Part shown: piece after piece, positions 37,539-47,742 of the stretch
Numbering within the stretch: position 1 is the stretch's first letter
Layout of the letters: every line of letters begins with the position of its first letter
NCBI GenBank assembly: GCA_021829645.1
Contig: JAKBPI010000001.1
Span: 136,796-200,795 of the forward strand
Origin: Actinomycetes bacterium
GTDB lineage: Bacteria > Actinomycetota > Acidimicrobiia > Acidimicrobiales > Bog-793
DNA: 64,000 nt
Direction of reading: 5' to 3'
Notes under the pieces: generated by a model
The model's input: the letters and a program-made list of their open reading frames with translations, nothing else
Database searches by the model: none
What the model was told of the DNA's origin: nothing
Translations under genes and position numbers: made by a program

Positions 37539-38549
37539 TCAGTCGTTCCAGTCATACGGGTTTTGATTGGCCTTTTGTAGTGTTTCTACATAGCCGAATC
37601 GGTAATAATCGTGTCTGCTGCCGAGGGGATAAGAGAGCGTTCCTCTGATATCGTCCAAATTGTTACAGCCCCTGCTTTGTAACCAAGCGGATAGGTCATC
37701 TAACAGTTTTGTGACGTAACCAAGTCCGTTTCGCAAAATGGCAGAAGTTGTCATGACGGTATTAGCACCTACTAAAAGGTATTTAATAATTTCGTCAACA
37801 CTTTCCACCCCAGTTGTGGCTGCTATATGAGCTTTAATTTGATTTCTTACCAAAGCTATGACAGCCAATGGGAGTCTCACCTCGCGCTTGTCAGATAAAT
37901 TGATGGTTGGTAAGACCTCTAGCATATTGAGATCGATGTCCGGATAGAGGTATCTGTTGAACAACACCAAAGCATCGACACCAAGTGAGTCAAATCTTTT
38001 TATCACATTAGATAAGGATGTGTACATAGGGGACAGTTTGACTGCCACAGGTATACTTACCTCTTTTTTGACGGAACGAAAGATATCGAAATGCAATTGC
38101 TCTATATCTGTTCCAGCCATTTCGAGATCACTTATCGGTTGATATAAGTTTAGTTCGATTCCCGATGCCCCGGCATCTTGCATGTTTTTGGCATAAGCTA
38201 CCCAACTGCCTAATGTGGATCCGTTGAGACTGGCAATAATAGGTGTGTCTATTTTGGAACAGATAAGTTCAAGGGTTCTTAGGTATGGTAAAGGACCGGG
38301 AGAGTCTAAGGGCGTCTGCGGAAAGTAGGAAAGTGACTCAAGGAAGCTTTCTGCATAATTTTCCAAAATGGATGCTTTCCGGTTTTCCTCATGGTTAATC
38401 TGTTCTTCAAACAAAGAGTGCAGCACAACAGCACCTACACCGGAGTCAGCCAAAGCCTGAATTTGATCTACGGTTTGAGAAAGCGGAGACGGGGAAGCGA
38501 CAATAGGGTTTTGTAGTTGCAGTCCCATATAATTTGTTGTCAGATTCAT
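37539..38549 (-). CDS. Dihydroorotate dehydrogenase-like / PreA-like FMN TIM-barrel protein lacking the canonical catalytic residue
   Basis: N-terminus GLQLQNPIVASPSP plus VKLSP and ATTGVESVDEIIKYLLVGANTVMTTSA resemble class-1 DHOD/DPD. The N-L-S-C-P-N active-site motif reads ELNLYQPI. It is the last gene of the PFOR operon. Confidence 0.65.
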   Translation of the reverse strand: MNLTTNYMGLQLQNPIVASPSPLSQTVDQIQALADSGVGAVVLHSLFEEQINHEENRKASILENYAESFLESLSYFPQTPLDSPGPLPYLRTLELICSKIDTPIIASLNGSTLGSWVAYAKNMQDAGASGIELNLYQPISDLEMAGTDIEQLHFDIFRSVKKEVSIPVAVKLSPMYTSLSNVIKRFDSLGVDALVLFNRYLYPDIDLNMLEVLPTINLSDKREVRLPLAVIALVRNQIKAHIAATTGVESVDEIIKYLLVGANTVMTTSAILRNGLGYVTKLLDDLSAWLQSRGCNNLDDIRGTLSYPLGSRHDYYRFGYVETLQKANQNPYDWND

Positions 38550-38566
38550 TGAAATCCTCTGCTTTC

Positions 38567-41500
38567 TTATCTGTTACTGGGATAAGCTTTGGCCGGTTTG
38601 GCAGCCATTTCTTCGTATTGCTGCCACTTTCTGTCTATGGCTTCTTCGGCCAATTTGAGTAAAATTTCTGATTCTTCCGGGTTGCTGCGATTTAAAGCGC
38701 TATAACGAATTTCCTGTAGGGCATACTTCTTGAAGGGGATTCGCTTTCTTGGAGAGTCGAGGAGAAAAGGTTTTTCTCCTTTTGCCTGCAACACAGGATC
38801 ATATCTAAAAAGGGGCCAGTATCCGCTGGCTGTCGCCCTATATTGCTGTTCTAAGCCGTAACGCATATCAATGCCGTGGGCAATACAGTGACTGTAAGCA
38901 ATGATCAACGAAGGTCCAGGGTAAGCTTCTGCTTCTCTAAAGGCAAGCAACGTCTGTTTTTTGTCGGCACCCATGGCAACTTTTGCCACATATACGTTGC
39001 CGTAAGAGATGGCTTGCAGTGCCAGGTCCTTCTTTTCCAACTTCTTGCCGGATGCCGCAAACTTGGCTATCGAACCAAGAGGTGTAGATTTACTCATCTG
39101 TCCGCCGGTGTTGGAATAAACTTCAGTATCGAGTACAAGAATATTGACATTTCTACCGGAAGCCAGTACGTGATCTAGTCCCCCGGATCCGATGTCATAA
39201 GCCCAACCATCACCACCGACGATCCAAATACTTTTCTGTAGTAAAGCGTCTGCAACGCTGTCTAGGTCTTTAGCGACAACCGAGTCAATCTCTGCCAACT
39301 TTTCCCGTAATGTAGCTATGCGTTGTCGTTGCAATTCCAATTCGGACTCTGTTGCTTGAGGCGAAGAGAGAATTTCTGCAACCAAGTCTTCACCCAAAAC
39401 CTCTGATAAATCTTGTAGGTGCTGCACGGCTATGTTGTGCTGCTGGTCAACAGCGAGCCTGATGCCTAAACCAAATTCAGCGTTATCTTCAAAAAGAGAG
39501 TTGGACCAAGCCGGTCCCCGACCAAACTTATTGGTGGTCCAAGGCGTGGTGGGTAAGTTGCCTCCGTAGATTGAAGAACAACCGGTGGCGTTGGCAATAA
39601 TGGCTCTGTCGCCAAAGAGTTGTGATACAAGCTTTAAATACGGCGTTTCGCCGCACCCACTACAGGCGCCGGAAAACTCAAATAAGGGTTGGAGATATTG
39701 AGTACCGCGTACTGTTGAGAAATCAATCCTTTCTCTTTGTGGGTAATCTAATGTTTCAAAAAACGCCGCATTCTCTTTTTCTGTCGTGAGGATTGGTTCT
39801 TTGTCAACTAAGTTGATCGCTTTGCGATTTCCGGTGGCACTAGCAGGACAGGCCTCGACGCACAGCCCACAACCAGTGCAGTCTTCGGGATAAATCTGGA
39901 GAGTATAGGATATATCAGGTAAGCCGCGTTCGATAAGGGGTGCTGATTTAAATTTTGCCGGGGCGTCGACGACTACTTCACTGCTGTAATATTTGCTCCT
40001 GATTACAGAGTGAGGGCAGACAAAACTGCAGTTGCCACACTGTATACAGATACCGGGATCCCATTCGGCTATTATATCCGAGATATTTCTTTTCTCAAGA
40101 CAAGCTGTTCCGGTTGGCCAAGTACCGTCTGCGGGCAGTAGTGAAACCGGTAAGTCTTCACCCTCTCCTCTAATCAGTTTAAAAGTAACGTTGCTTATAA
40201 AATCGTCATCACTTATTACATGAGAAATGTTATCAGGGTCGGAAATGTTTTCAATTGGCGGTATTTCTACTTTTTCCAAATTCTTAAAAGCAGCTTCTAT
40301 TGCTGCCAGATTCGCATCTACGACTTTTTGTCCTCTCTTAGAGTAAGTCTTAATAATAGATTCCACAATTTTTTTCTTGGCAGTATCTCGGTCGATGATA
40401 TTTGAGATAGCAAAAAAACTTGTTTGCAGAATTATATTAATTCTTGACCCCAGTCCAAGATCTCTTGCAATTTTTGTGGCATTTATTACATATAAAGATA
40501 TGGCTTTTTCTCGTATTGTTTTTCTTACGTTCTCACCTAAATTTGTCCAAACTTCCGTGGCTGAATAAGGTGAGTTGAGAAGTAGAGTGGCTGATTTGTC
40601 AGCACGCTCCAAAATCTCTTTACTGTTAAGCAGGTTAAATTGGTGACAGCCGACAAAAGAAGCACGCTCAATCAAATAAGGCGCTTTTATGGGGGATTTT
40701 CCGAAGCGTAAGTGTGATGCAGTTTGTGAACCTGATTTTTTTGAGTCGTAAACAAAGTACCCCTGTGCCCAGTAGCCCAAAGACCCCAGGATTTTAATGG
40801 TGTTTTTATTAGCTCCTACGGTGCCGTCTGATCCTAAACCGTAAAAAACGGCCTCTATGGTGTCGGCAGTCTTTATTTCAAAGTCTTTACTATAGTCCAA
40901 ACTTGAAAATGTTATGTCGTCTTTGATGCCGACAGTGAATCTGCGTTTTGGGGATTCTGCATCCAACTCATCAAAGACAGCTTTTACCATCCCGGGAGTA
41001 AACTCTTTTGAGGAAAGACCGTAGCGTCCCCCTATAACCATGGGTTTAGTTGTGAATTTGTGATTTGACTCACTCAAAAGCGCCTCAATATCCAAAAAGA
41101 GTGGTTCTCCAAGAGAACCCGGCTCTTTTGTCCTATCCAAGACCGCTATTTTTGTAACGCTTGGCGGTAAAGCTTGGATGATTTGTGATCCCGGGAATGG
41201 TCTGTAAAGTCGAATTGCTAAAACTCCAGTTTTATAACCCAACTGATTGTTTAAGTGCTTTACGGTTGTGGAAATAGTCTCAATGGAAGATCCCATGGCA
41301 ACAATAACTTTTGTTGCCATGGGATCTCCAAAGTAATCTACCAAGTGGTATGACCGATTTGTCAGTTCGGCAAAGCTATCCATTGCTTTTTGGGCAATTT
41401 CTGGGGTTTTTTCGTAAAAAATGTTTACGGCTTCTCGTGTTTGAAAAAAGACGTCGGGATTTTGCGATGTTCCTCTGATAATAGGATGTTCCGGGGATAG

Positions 41501-42112
41501 GGCACGCTTCCTGTTTTGGTGAACCAACTCAATAGGAACAAACTCCCTTAGGATCTTGTCTTCCACATATTCAATGGTGTTTAGTTCGTGTGAAGTCCTA
41601 AAACCGTCAAAAAAATGCAGAAAAGGAATTTTTGATTTCAACGTTGCGAGTTGAGCAATTGCAGCAAAATCATGAGCTTCCTGTACGGATGCCGATGCCA
41701 GCATGGCTATTCCGGTTTGTCGCAACGCCATCACGTCTGAGTGATCTCCAAAAATTGATAAAGCCGAAGTAGCTAAAGAGCGGGCCGCCACGTGTATCAC
41801 GGTTGAGGAGAGCTCTCCTGTGATTTTGTAAATATCAGGGATCATCAGCAATAGACCTTGAGATGCAGTAAAGGTCGTTCCCAGAGATCCGCCTTGCAGG
41901 ATGCCGTGCAAGGCTCCCGCCGCACCTCCTTCGCTTTGCATTTCGCTGACTTGGGGTATGCTTCCGTAGACATTTTTCTTTTTTTGCGTGGACCATTCGT
42001 CTGCCAATTCAGCCATAGGTGAAGAAGGCGTGATGGGGTAAATAGCACAAAGTTCGTTGAGTCTATACGCTACCGAAGCTGCCGCCTCATTTCCGTCTAC
42101 CGTTATTTGCAT
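38567..42112 (-). CDS. nifJ: Pyruvate:ferredoxin (flavodoxin) oxidoreductase, single-polypeptide NifJ type
   Basis: 1181 aa. Internal 2x[4Fe-4S] motifs CIQCGNCSFVCP and CTGCGLCVEACP, the TPP-binding region GGDGWAYDIG, and the GACSGCGETPY motif. Confidence 0.9.
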   Translation of the reverse strand: MQITVDGNEAAASVAYRLNELCAIYPITPSSPMAELADEWSTQKKKNVYGSIPQVSEMQSEGGAAGALHGILQGGSLGTTFTASQGLLLMIPDIYKITGELSSTVIHVAARSLATSALSIFGDHSDVMALRQTGIAMLASASVQEAHDFAAIAQLATLKSKIPFLHFFDGFRTSHELNTIEYVEDKILREFVPIELVHQNRKRALSPEHPIIRGTSQNPDVFFQTREAVNIFYEKTPEIAQKAMDSFAELTNRSYHLVDYFGDPMATKVIVAMGSSIETISTTVKHLNNQLGYKTGVLAIRLYRPFPGSQIIQALPPSVTKIAVLDRTKEPGSLGEPLFLDIEALLSESNHKFTTKPMVIGGRYGLSSKEFTPGMVKAVFDELDAESPKRRFTVGIKDDITFSSLDYSKDFEIKTADTIEAVFYGLGSDGTVGANKNTIKILGSLGYWAQGYFVYDSKKSGSQTASHLRFGKSPIKAPYLIERASFVGCHQFNLLNSKEILERADKSATLLLNSPYSATEVWTNLGENVRKTIREKAISLYVINATKIARDLGLGSRINIILQTSFFAISNIIDRDTAKKKIVESIIKTYSKRGQKVVDANLAAIEAAFKNLEKVEIPPIENISDPDNISHVISDDDFISNVTFKLIRGEGEDLPVSLLPADGTWPTGTACLEKRNISDIIAEWDPGICIQCGNCSFVCPHSVIRSKYYSSEVVVDAPAKFKSAPLIERGLPDISYTLQIYPEDCTGCGLCVEACPASATGNRKAINLVDKEPILTTEKENAAFFETLDYPQRERIDFSTVRGTQYLQPLFEFSGACSGCGETPYLKLVSQLFGDRAIIANATGCSSIYGGNLPTTPWTTNKFGRGPAWSNSLFEDNAEFGLGIRLAVDQQHNIAVQHLQDLSEVLGEDLVAEILSSPQATESELELQRQRIATLREKLAEIDSVVAKDLDSVADALLQKSIWIVGGDGWAYDIGSGGLDHVLASGRNVNILVLDTEVYSNTGGQMSKSTPLGSIAKFAASGKKLEKKDLALQAISYGNVYVAKVAMGADKKQTLLAFREAEAYPGPSLIIAYSHCIAHGIDMRYGLEQQYRATASGYWPLFRYDPVLQAKGEKPFLLDSPRKRIPFKKYALQEIRYSALNRSNPEESEILLKLAEEAIDRKWQQYEEMAAKPAKAYPSNR

Positions 42113-42115
42113 AAC

Positions 42116-43753
42116 CTAACCTTTCACATCCTCTACCATTTCAATGGCGTGTACCGGGCACTGCTCAAAACAAGCCCTGCAGCCGGTACATAAGTTGTAA
42201 TCAAATTTGTAGCGGTTTCCTTTGCCGAGTTTGATAACCGCCTGTTCGGGGCATGCACCAAAACAGCCGTCGCATTCAAAACAGTTGCCGCATGACAGAC
42301 AGCGCGCCGCTTCAAAGTGGGCCTCTATTTCCGAAAACGTAGCCACAACCTCTTCAAAGTTTTTAACTCTTTCCTGCGGGGATTTGTGCTCCGGCTGTTC
42401 GGCGAGGAGGTCTTTGAAATACCAAAGATTTAAATCTGACAAGTGGACAACATCGTGTTTTTGAGGCGGCGTAAATTCGCTGTTCGATAACCAAGTGTTG
42501 ATATTTTTTGCCGCTTTTTTGCCGTGTCCCATGGCGACCGTGACTGTCTTTTCCGCAGGTATCATATCGCCTCCGGCAAAAATACCCGGATAACCGGTCA
42601 TCATCTGGTGATTAACTGCAACAGTGCCGTCGCTTTTGAATTCTATGCCTGGGACCGGAGATAAAAAGTCTGTCTCACTCTCTTGGCCTAAGGCAAGAAT
42701 GATACTGTCGGCAGATATCACTTCTTTCTTTCCGGTGGATTGCGGCCTGCCGTTTTCATCGAGTTCCATCATTTCCAACTCGAGACCCTTTTCTCCAAAA
42801 GCGGTTATGGTTCTCAACCAATGGATCTTAACTCCCTCCAGGAGTGCCTCGTCCGCTTCTTCTTCATGGGCCGGCATTTGTTCTCTTGTTCTTCTATAGA
42901 CAATCACACTCTCTTCTGCACCAAGCCGTTTTGCTGTGCGGGCTGCATCCATGGCCGTATTACCGCCACCGTAAACGGCAACCCTTCGTCCTATGAGAGG
43001 TTTTTCACCTTCTGCGACATGGTGTAAGAATTGGATAGCATCTACTATTTTGCCGGCATCTTGAGTGGGGATGTTGACACGCTTTGCCAAGTGTGCTCCT
43101 ACTGCCACGAAAACGGCGTCAAAACCGCCGCCCTCTTTTTCTTCCAAGATGTTGCTGACTTTATGGTTGAGACGGAAAGTAACGCCTAAGTCTGCCAATC
43201 TGGCGATTTCGGCATCGAGAATTTCTCTAGGTAAGCGATATGCCGGAATTCCATAGCGCATCATGCCCCCGGGCTCTTTGCCGGCGTCTCTGATTTCCAC
43301 TTGGTGACCAAGTAGGGTTAAGTGATAGGCGGCGGACAGTCCGGATGGACCGGCGCCTATCACTAAAATTCTTTTACCTGAATTCTTTTTTGGTTTGGCA
43401 AAAGCAAGGTTTTCTCTTAAGGCAAAATCGCCCACAAATCTTTCTACATTGTGAATACTTATCGAGGAGTCCAAATCTTTGCGATTGCAGGCATCCTCGC
43501 ATGGGTGGTAGCAAACCCTGCCGTGTATAGCAGGGAAAGGATTGTCTTTGGTGATTATTTCCCAAGCCTTTTTATAATTGCGCTGCTCTACTTCGTAAAG
43601 CCAAGCCTGGATGTTTTCACCTGTCGGACAACCCTGGTTGCACGGTGGCAGCAAGTCAAGGTAAACAGGTTTAAAAGCCCTGACAGGGCCGCTTCTGTAG
43701 TGTTGTTCGGATAGGTCGGGTACGGTTGTGATATCAAATGGCATTTCTGGCAC
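42116..43753 (-). CDS. GltD/PreT-like NAD(P)H-dependent flavoprotein with a C-terminal 2x[4Fe-4S] ferredoxin domain
   Basis: N-terminal Fe-S region CNQGCPTGENI...GRVCYHPCEDACNR, FAD motif VIGAGPSGLSAAYHL and NAD(P)H motif VYGGGNTAMDAART. The C-terminus has CLSCGNCFECDGCFGACP and CTGCRACFEQCP. Its stop lies 3 nt before the nifJ start. Confidence 0.75.
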   Translation of the reverse strand: MPEMPFDITTVPDLSEQHYRSGPVRAFKPVYLDLLPPCNQGCPTGENIQAWLYEVEQRNYKKAWEIITKDNPFPAIHGRVCYHPCEDACNRKDLDSSISIHNVERFVGDFALRENLAFAKPKKNSGKRILVIGAGPSGLSAAYHLTLLGHQVEIRDAGKEPGGMMRYGIPAYRLPREILDAEIARLADLGVTFRLNHKVSNILEEKEGGGFDAVFVAVGAHLAKRVNIPTQDAGKIVDAIQFLHHVAEGEKPLIGRRVAVYGGGNTAMDAARTAKRLGAEESVIVYRRTREQMPAHEEEADEALLEGVKIHWLRTITAFGEKGLELEMMELDENGRPQSTGKKEVISADSIILALGQESETDFLSPVPGIEFKSDGTVAVNHQMMTGYPGIFAGGDMIPAEKTVTVAMGHGKKAAKNINTWLSNSEFTPPQKHDVVHLSDLNLWYFKDLLAEQPEHKSPQERVKNFEEVVATFSEIEAHFEAARCLSCGNCFECDGCFGACPEQAVIKLGKGNRYKFDYNLCTGCRACFEQCPVHAIEMVEDVKG

Positions 43754-44015
43754 ATAATCAATTTTGTCAACGCCTGCTCTGGTTCAATAGGGTCTAATGG
43801 CATAAAGACTATCCGGTAATGCCCAAAAGGGTCAAAGAAACATCATTTATAAAAATCCGGATGACGGGTGTAAAAGAATAGCGGGAGCTTACGAGGCTAT
43901 TTTGCGTCAAAACTTACTGACAGTACTTGTCTCAGATAAGTATTTTTATCAAGATATTTATTTAACCGATACAAAAGATCGCCTTTATTGACCGATGTTT
44001 TGTCTGTAGAAAACA

Positions 44016-44978
44016 TTGCCTCTATTATGGGTGGAGGTGAAAAAAATCGTAGTATCAAAAAGACTGTTTACCAATCTGTCGCTGGCCGTCGCTATATGCT
44101 ACGCGTTATTAATAGCGACGGGTGGAGCCGTACGCCTTACCGGCTCCGGGTTGGGTTGTGCGGACTGGCCGACATGTTCGGCGGGACACCTCATTGCTTC
44201 TGACTCTTTTCATCCCTTGGTAGAGTTTTCCAACCGTATGGTGACGGTTGCCGTGAGCATAGTAACGGTAGTTACGTTTTTGGCTTCTTTTTACAGAAAT
44301 CCCCGCTCGCGCAAACTCATTATTTTGGCAGGAGTGATTTTTGTCGGTCTGGCCGGACAGGTTGTTTTGGGCGGTATGTTAGTACTTACAAAGCTAAACC
44401 CTTACTTGGTTGCCCTGCACTTTATTTTTACCATAGCCATTTTGGTTGCAGCCGTTATCTTGTTTTATTTTTCTCGTCAAGCGGAAAACTACAACAAGTC
44501 ACCTCTGGTGACAAGAGAAATTCTTCATTTGACTCGTCTACTGCTCGTAGTCCTGACGGCTGTTACCGCTGCCGGTACGATGGTCACCGGTTCCGGTCCA
44601 CATGCAGGAGGTCCGGGAGCAAAGCGCGTTCCCGTTGCTTTCCGGGATATGGCAGAACTGCATGCCGATCTGGTGCTTTTTTTGTTGGGCTTGACGGTAG
44701 CGCTATGGTTTTTGGTAAAGCAGGCACACGTAAAGAGCTCTATCCAGAAAGGTTCTATGCGGTTGGTGGAGATTATGGGTCTTCAAGGGGTAATAGGTTA
44801 CACTCAATACTTTTTACATGACCAAGTCGGCTTGGTGGAGTTACACATGATAGGTGTCGCATCTTTATGGGTTTTTCTGGTTTTCTTTTATTTGAGTCTG
44901 TATTCATATCAAGACTCATCACTCAGCGTGCCTGCTGCAGGCGGGGCAGTAGTGGGAGCAAATTACGGAATCAATTGA
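44016..44978 (+). CDS. ctaA: Heme A synthase (COX15/CtaA family)
   Basis: Polytopic membrane protein with VRLTGSGLGCADWPTC, conserved His-containing helices and GSGPHAGG. The start is uncertain (in-frame GTGs at 44031 and 44037). Confidence 0.8.
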   Translation: MPLLWVEVKKIVVSKRLFTNLSLAVAICYALLIATGGAVRLTGSGLGCADWPTCSAGHLIASDSFHPLVEFSNRMVTVAVSIVTVVTFLASFYRNPRSRKLIILAGVIFVGLAGQVVLGGMLVLTKLNPYLVALHFIFTIAILVAAVILFYFSRQAENYNKSPLVTREILHLTRLLLVVLTAVTAAGTMVTGSGPHAGGPGAKRVPVAFRDMAELHADLVLFLLGLTVALWFLVKQAHVKSSIQKGSMRLVEIMGLQGVIGYTQYFLHDQVGLVELHMIGVASLWVFLVFFYLSLYSYQDSSLSVPAAGGAVVGANYGIN

Positions 44979-45336
44979 AGATTTCCGTTATGCCCCTAAT
45001 ATTTTGATGCGACAGGAGTTGTAAACTCTATCTTGTATACATAAAAATGTATGTTGATTTGGTCTCTGATTTTGACACCTAAATCCGCTAAGATCTCACG
45101 TAATTCCTTGTAGGTTAGGTAATTTTTTCAGTATTGAGATACTTATACGACCAATACTTCTTTACAGATCCTAAGTGCTTGAATGCCGGCTTCTAAGGGA
45201 TTTCTGTTCAAAACAATGCTTAGTAGTGTCTACCTGTCTCAAATAACTGCACCTACTAATTGGCGGCACACTTGGTAATTTGCTATGGCTCCATACCAAT
45301 TGGCTAAGGGTAAAGTCTTTAGTAAAATCTCTAATA

Positions 45337-46299
45337 TTATTTAGACGAAACAAAACGCCAACGGCCATTTTTTAGTATCGCAACAAAGTTGTTATACCCA
45401 TATGTACCAGTCGCCTCACATCTTTGCGGTGTAGAACACTGCATTGTGTTAAAGGATGTGCTATTGGATCCGTTATAGTCGCCAAGAGGCTTGGCTATTT
45501 GCCAAATACCGTTTTTTTCAGAATCTGTATAAAGTTGAGTATTGCCGCTATTATCAGTGTAAGTTCCACCTATTTCACATGTCCCTACGGACAAACAGGT
45601 ACCTACTTCAAGATCAGCACCGTCTCCTTGGTTGAGCGCATGTACCCCGGGTACAGCTATGGCCCCATACCATTTGCCTTTTACCTCGTTGACGACAAAT
45701 GCATTAGTGTAACACGATTCACAAATAGCGTTTAGGTTGTCGTTGTAACTGCCGCCTACACTACAATAACCTTTGGCAGGACAATCCACCCAGGTCGCAT
45801 CGGAATAGTCGTCACCTTGAAGATAAGATGAGAAGTTTGCAGTTGTCGGAACAAGGAACGCCTGTCCCCACTGACCATTGGTTTCCTGGGCAAGAAATGC
45901 CGTATTCCCCCCACCTAATGGGCCAAAGTAATAAGCACCACCGATGACACAGTTACCTACAGACCAACACGATATTTCGTTAATTTGACCCCCACTGCTA
46001 CCGCCGCTATTAGCTCCAATAGCAGTCAGGTTAAGTTTTTCCATGAGCACATTAAGAGAAGCTTCCGGACTTGCGGTGGTAGGCGGTTTTGGCTTTTTAC
46101 TTGGCGTATGGACGGTATTCAAAACACTTGGGGTGGCAGATATGGCGCTATTTGAGTTTGAGAGATCGTAATTGATGCCCGTAATATGGATTACCCATAT
46201 ACTGAAGACAATTATGCTGCAAAAGCGAATGAAACGAGATAACTTACTTTTCTTCATTAGACCATCCTTTCTACACAATTTACAAAATTGATGTAACAC
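45337..46299 (-). CDS. Secreted/anchored hypothetical protein with four Cys-x-x-G-G-x-Y repeats
   Basis: N-terminal TM/signal FCSIIVFSIWVI. Four units of about 45 aa: CVIGGAYYF..ETNGQWGQAFLVP, CSVGGSYND..EVKGKWYGAIAVPG, CEIGGTYTD..EKNGIWQIAKPLG and CEATGTYGY..LKNGRWRF. No family name is recalled. Confidence 0.45.
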   Translation of the reverse strand: MLHQFCKLCRKDGLMKKSKLSRFIRFCSIIVFSIWVIHITGINYDLSNSNSAISATPSVLNTVHTPSKKPKPPTTASPEASLNVLMEKLNLTAIGANSGGSSGGQINEISCWSVGNCVIGGAYYFGPLGGGNTAFLAQETNGQWGQAFLVPTTANFSSYLQGDDYSDATWVDCPAKGYCSVGGSYNDNLNAICESCYTNAFVVNEVKGKWYGAIAVPGVHALNQGDGADLEVGTCLSVGTCEIGGTYTDNSGNTQLYTDSEKNGIWQIAKPLGDYNGSNSTSFNTMQCSTPQRCEATGTYGYNNFVAILKNGRWRFVSSK

Positions 46300-46645
46300 A
46301 CTTTTTATGCGGAGGGTTTGGTATATATGATCCGCATGCGGCCAACGCGATAGTTTTCATTGTTCCCGGCAATGCCGCAGTAGTCATGGAGTACGCCTTT
46401 GTGGGTAGATGACGCGAGTAGCATTATGCAGATATTTTCATTGGTCTCACTACTCAAATCGGAAAGCTGCCGGCAGGGCATTTGCGAGGTCGGTATAAAA
46501 GCATTAGATGTTAAAAGTATCTCAATGACTGTACCTACAAGGAGTAAGTGAGATAAGGTGTCCCGATTGTCAAAGTTAGGATGAAAATTCAAATGCTATT
46601 TATTCCATATAGCAGCGCGTGTCGGTTAAAACTGATTAAATTGAG

Positions 46646-46942
46646 GTGATGAGTTTTGATAAAACGGCTTTGCCGGATTTAGAAGCAACCACAGATCAAT
46701 TGGGGTCAAGCTTCGTATGGATAGTGATAGTTTGGAACGACCCAATAAATTTAATGAGCTATGTAACGTATGTCTTCCAAAAATTATTTGGTTATTCACA
46801 AGCCAAAGCCCAAAAACTCATGCTTGACGTCCATAACAAAGGCAGAGCTGTAGTTTCTAGAGGGACTCGGGAAAAAGCTGAATTGGACGTGTCGCGACTA
46901 CACAGTTACGGCCTATGGGCTACACTTGAAAAATCAGCGTGA
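46646..46942 (+). CDS. clpS: ATP-dependent Clp protease adaptor ClpS
   Basis: [25 protein letters not shown]...[14 protein letters not shown] is the ClpS core; 98 aa. Confidence 0.9.
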   Translation: MMSFDKTALPDLEATTDQLGSSFVWIVIVWNDPINLMSYVTYVFQKLFGYSQAKAQKLMLDVHNKGRAVVSRGTREKAELDVSRLHSYGLWATLEKSA

Positions 46943-47640
46943 TGAAAAAAAGATTTAAGCAGTTGCCCGACGGAAAGTATGCCGTTAGATTGCCAACAGA
47001 AGAGCGCGTCTTGCTAAAAATATTGCCTAACCAGCTACTTGATTCTCTCAATACGCTATCAGCAGCGCTTTCCGGTAAGACAGAAGAGGAATATACCGGA
47101 GATAGTACTCCTGAGTATGGTCCGCTTGAGGAAGACCCCATTGCATACCAAGAGGGCTTTTATACCATTGACGACTTTGAAATTCCGGAAGCCATTAAGC
47201 GACTTTTGCCAAAAGCTTACCTACTTGATGAAGCTGCCCAAAATGATTTTTCAACTTTGACGTCTGTAAACTTATTGAAAGAGCATATTGATAATTTAAA
47301 TCTGCTCATGTCAAGCATCTCCAACCAATACCTTACCGTAGATGAACTTCACAGATGGATGATGGCGCTAAACAACTTACGGCTTGTTATAGGCACCGTA
47401 ATAGGTGTGACGGAAAACTCTTCAATGCCGGATTTTGACGACCCCATTGTTCCTCAGTGGATTGCCTATGGTTATCTGACGGAATTGGTTGAGGACATAG
47501 TATCTGTACTTTTTAATGAACTGCCGGATGTAGCAGAAGACGACGACCCGTTTTTACCGGAAGATCCTTGGGGCGAACCGCCGGGAGGTATGCGCTGGGA
47601 CGGCACCACCAAACCCGAGGGTCCGTTTTTACAAAATTAA
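46939..47640 (+). CDS. DUF2017-family protein (the usual neighbour of clpS in Actinobacteria)
   Basis: It overlaps the clpS stop by 4 nt. [32 protein letters not shown] resembles the DUF2017 core as I recall it. Confidence 0.55.
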   Translation: MMKKRFKQLPDGKYAVRLPTEERVLLKILPNQLLDSLNTLSAALSGKTEEEYTGDSTPEYGPLEEDPIAYQEGFYTIDDFEIPEAIKRLLPKAYLLDEAAQNDFSTLTSVNLLKEHIDNLNLLMSSISNQYLTVDELHRWMMALNNLRLVIGTVIGVTENSSMPDFDDPIVPQWIAYGYLTELVEDIVSVLFNELPDVAEDDDPFLPEDPWGEPPGGMRWDGTTKPEGPFLQN

Positions 47641-47742
47641 ATATTTAATAAGTCATATTAAGTTTTTTGGTAACTAAAGTGGGTATGTAAAGTGGTCAAG
47701 ATTTTATTCAACAATTTTTCTTTTGGGTAAACATTAAATATT

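Noticed and set aside
46305-46592. 95-aa minus-strand ORF upstream of clpS
   Set aside because: It has no SD, no recognisable motif, odd composition, and occupies the likely clpS promoter region. Support is insufficient.
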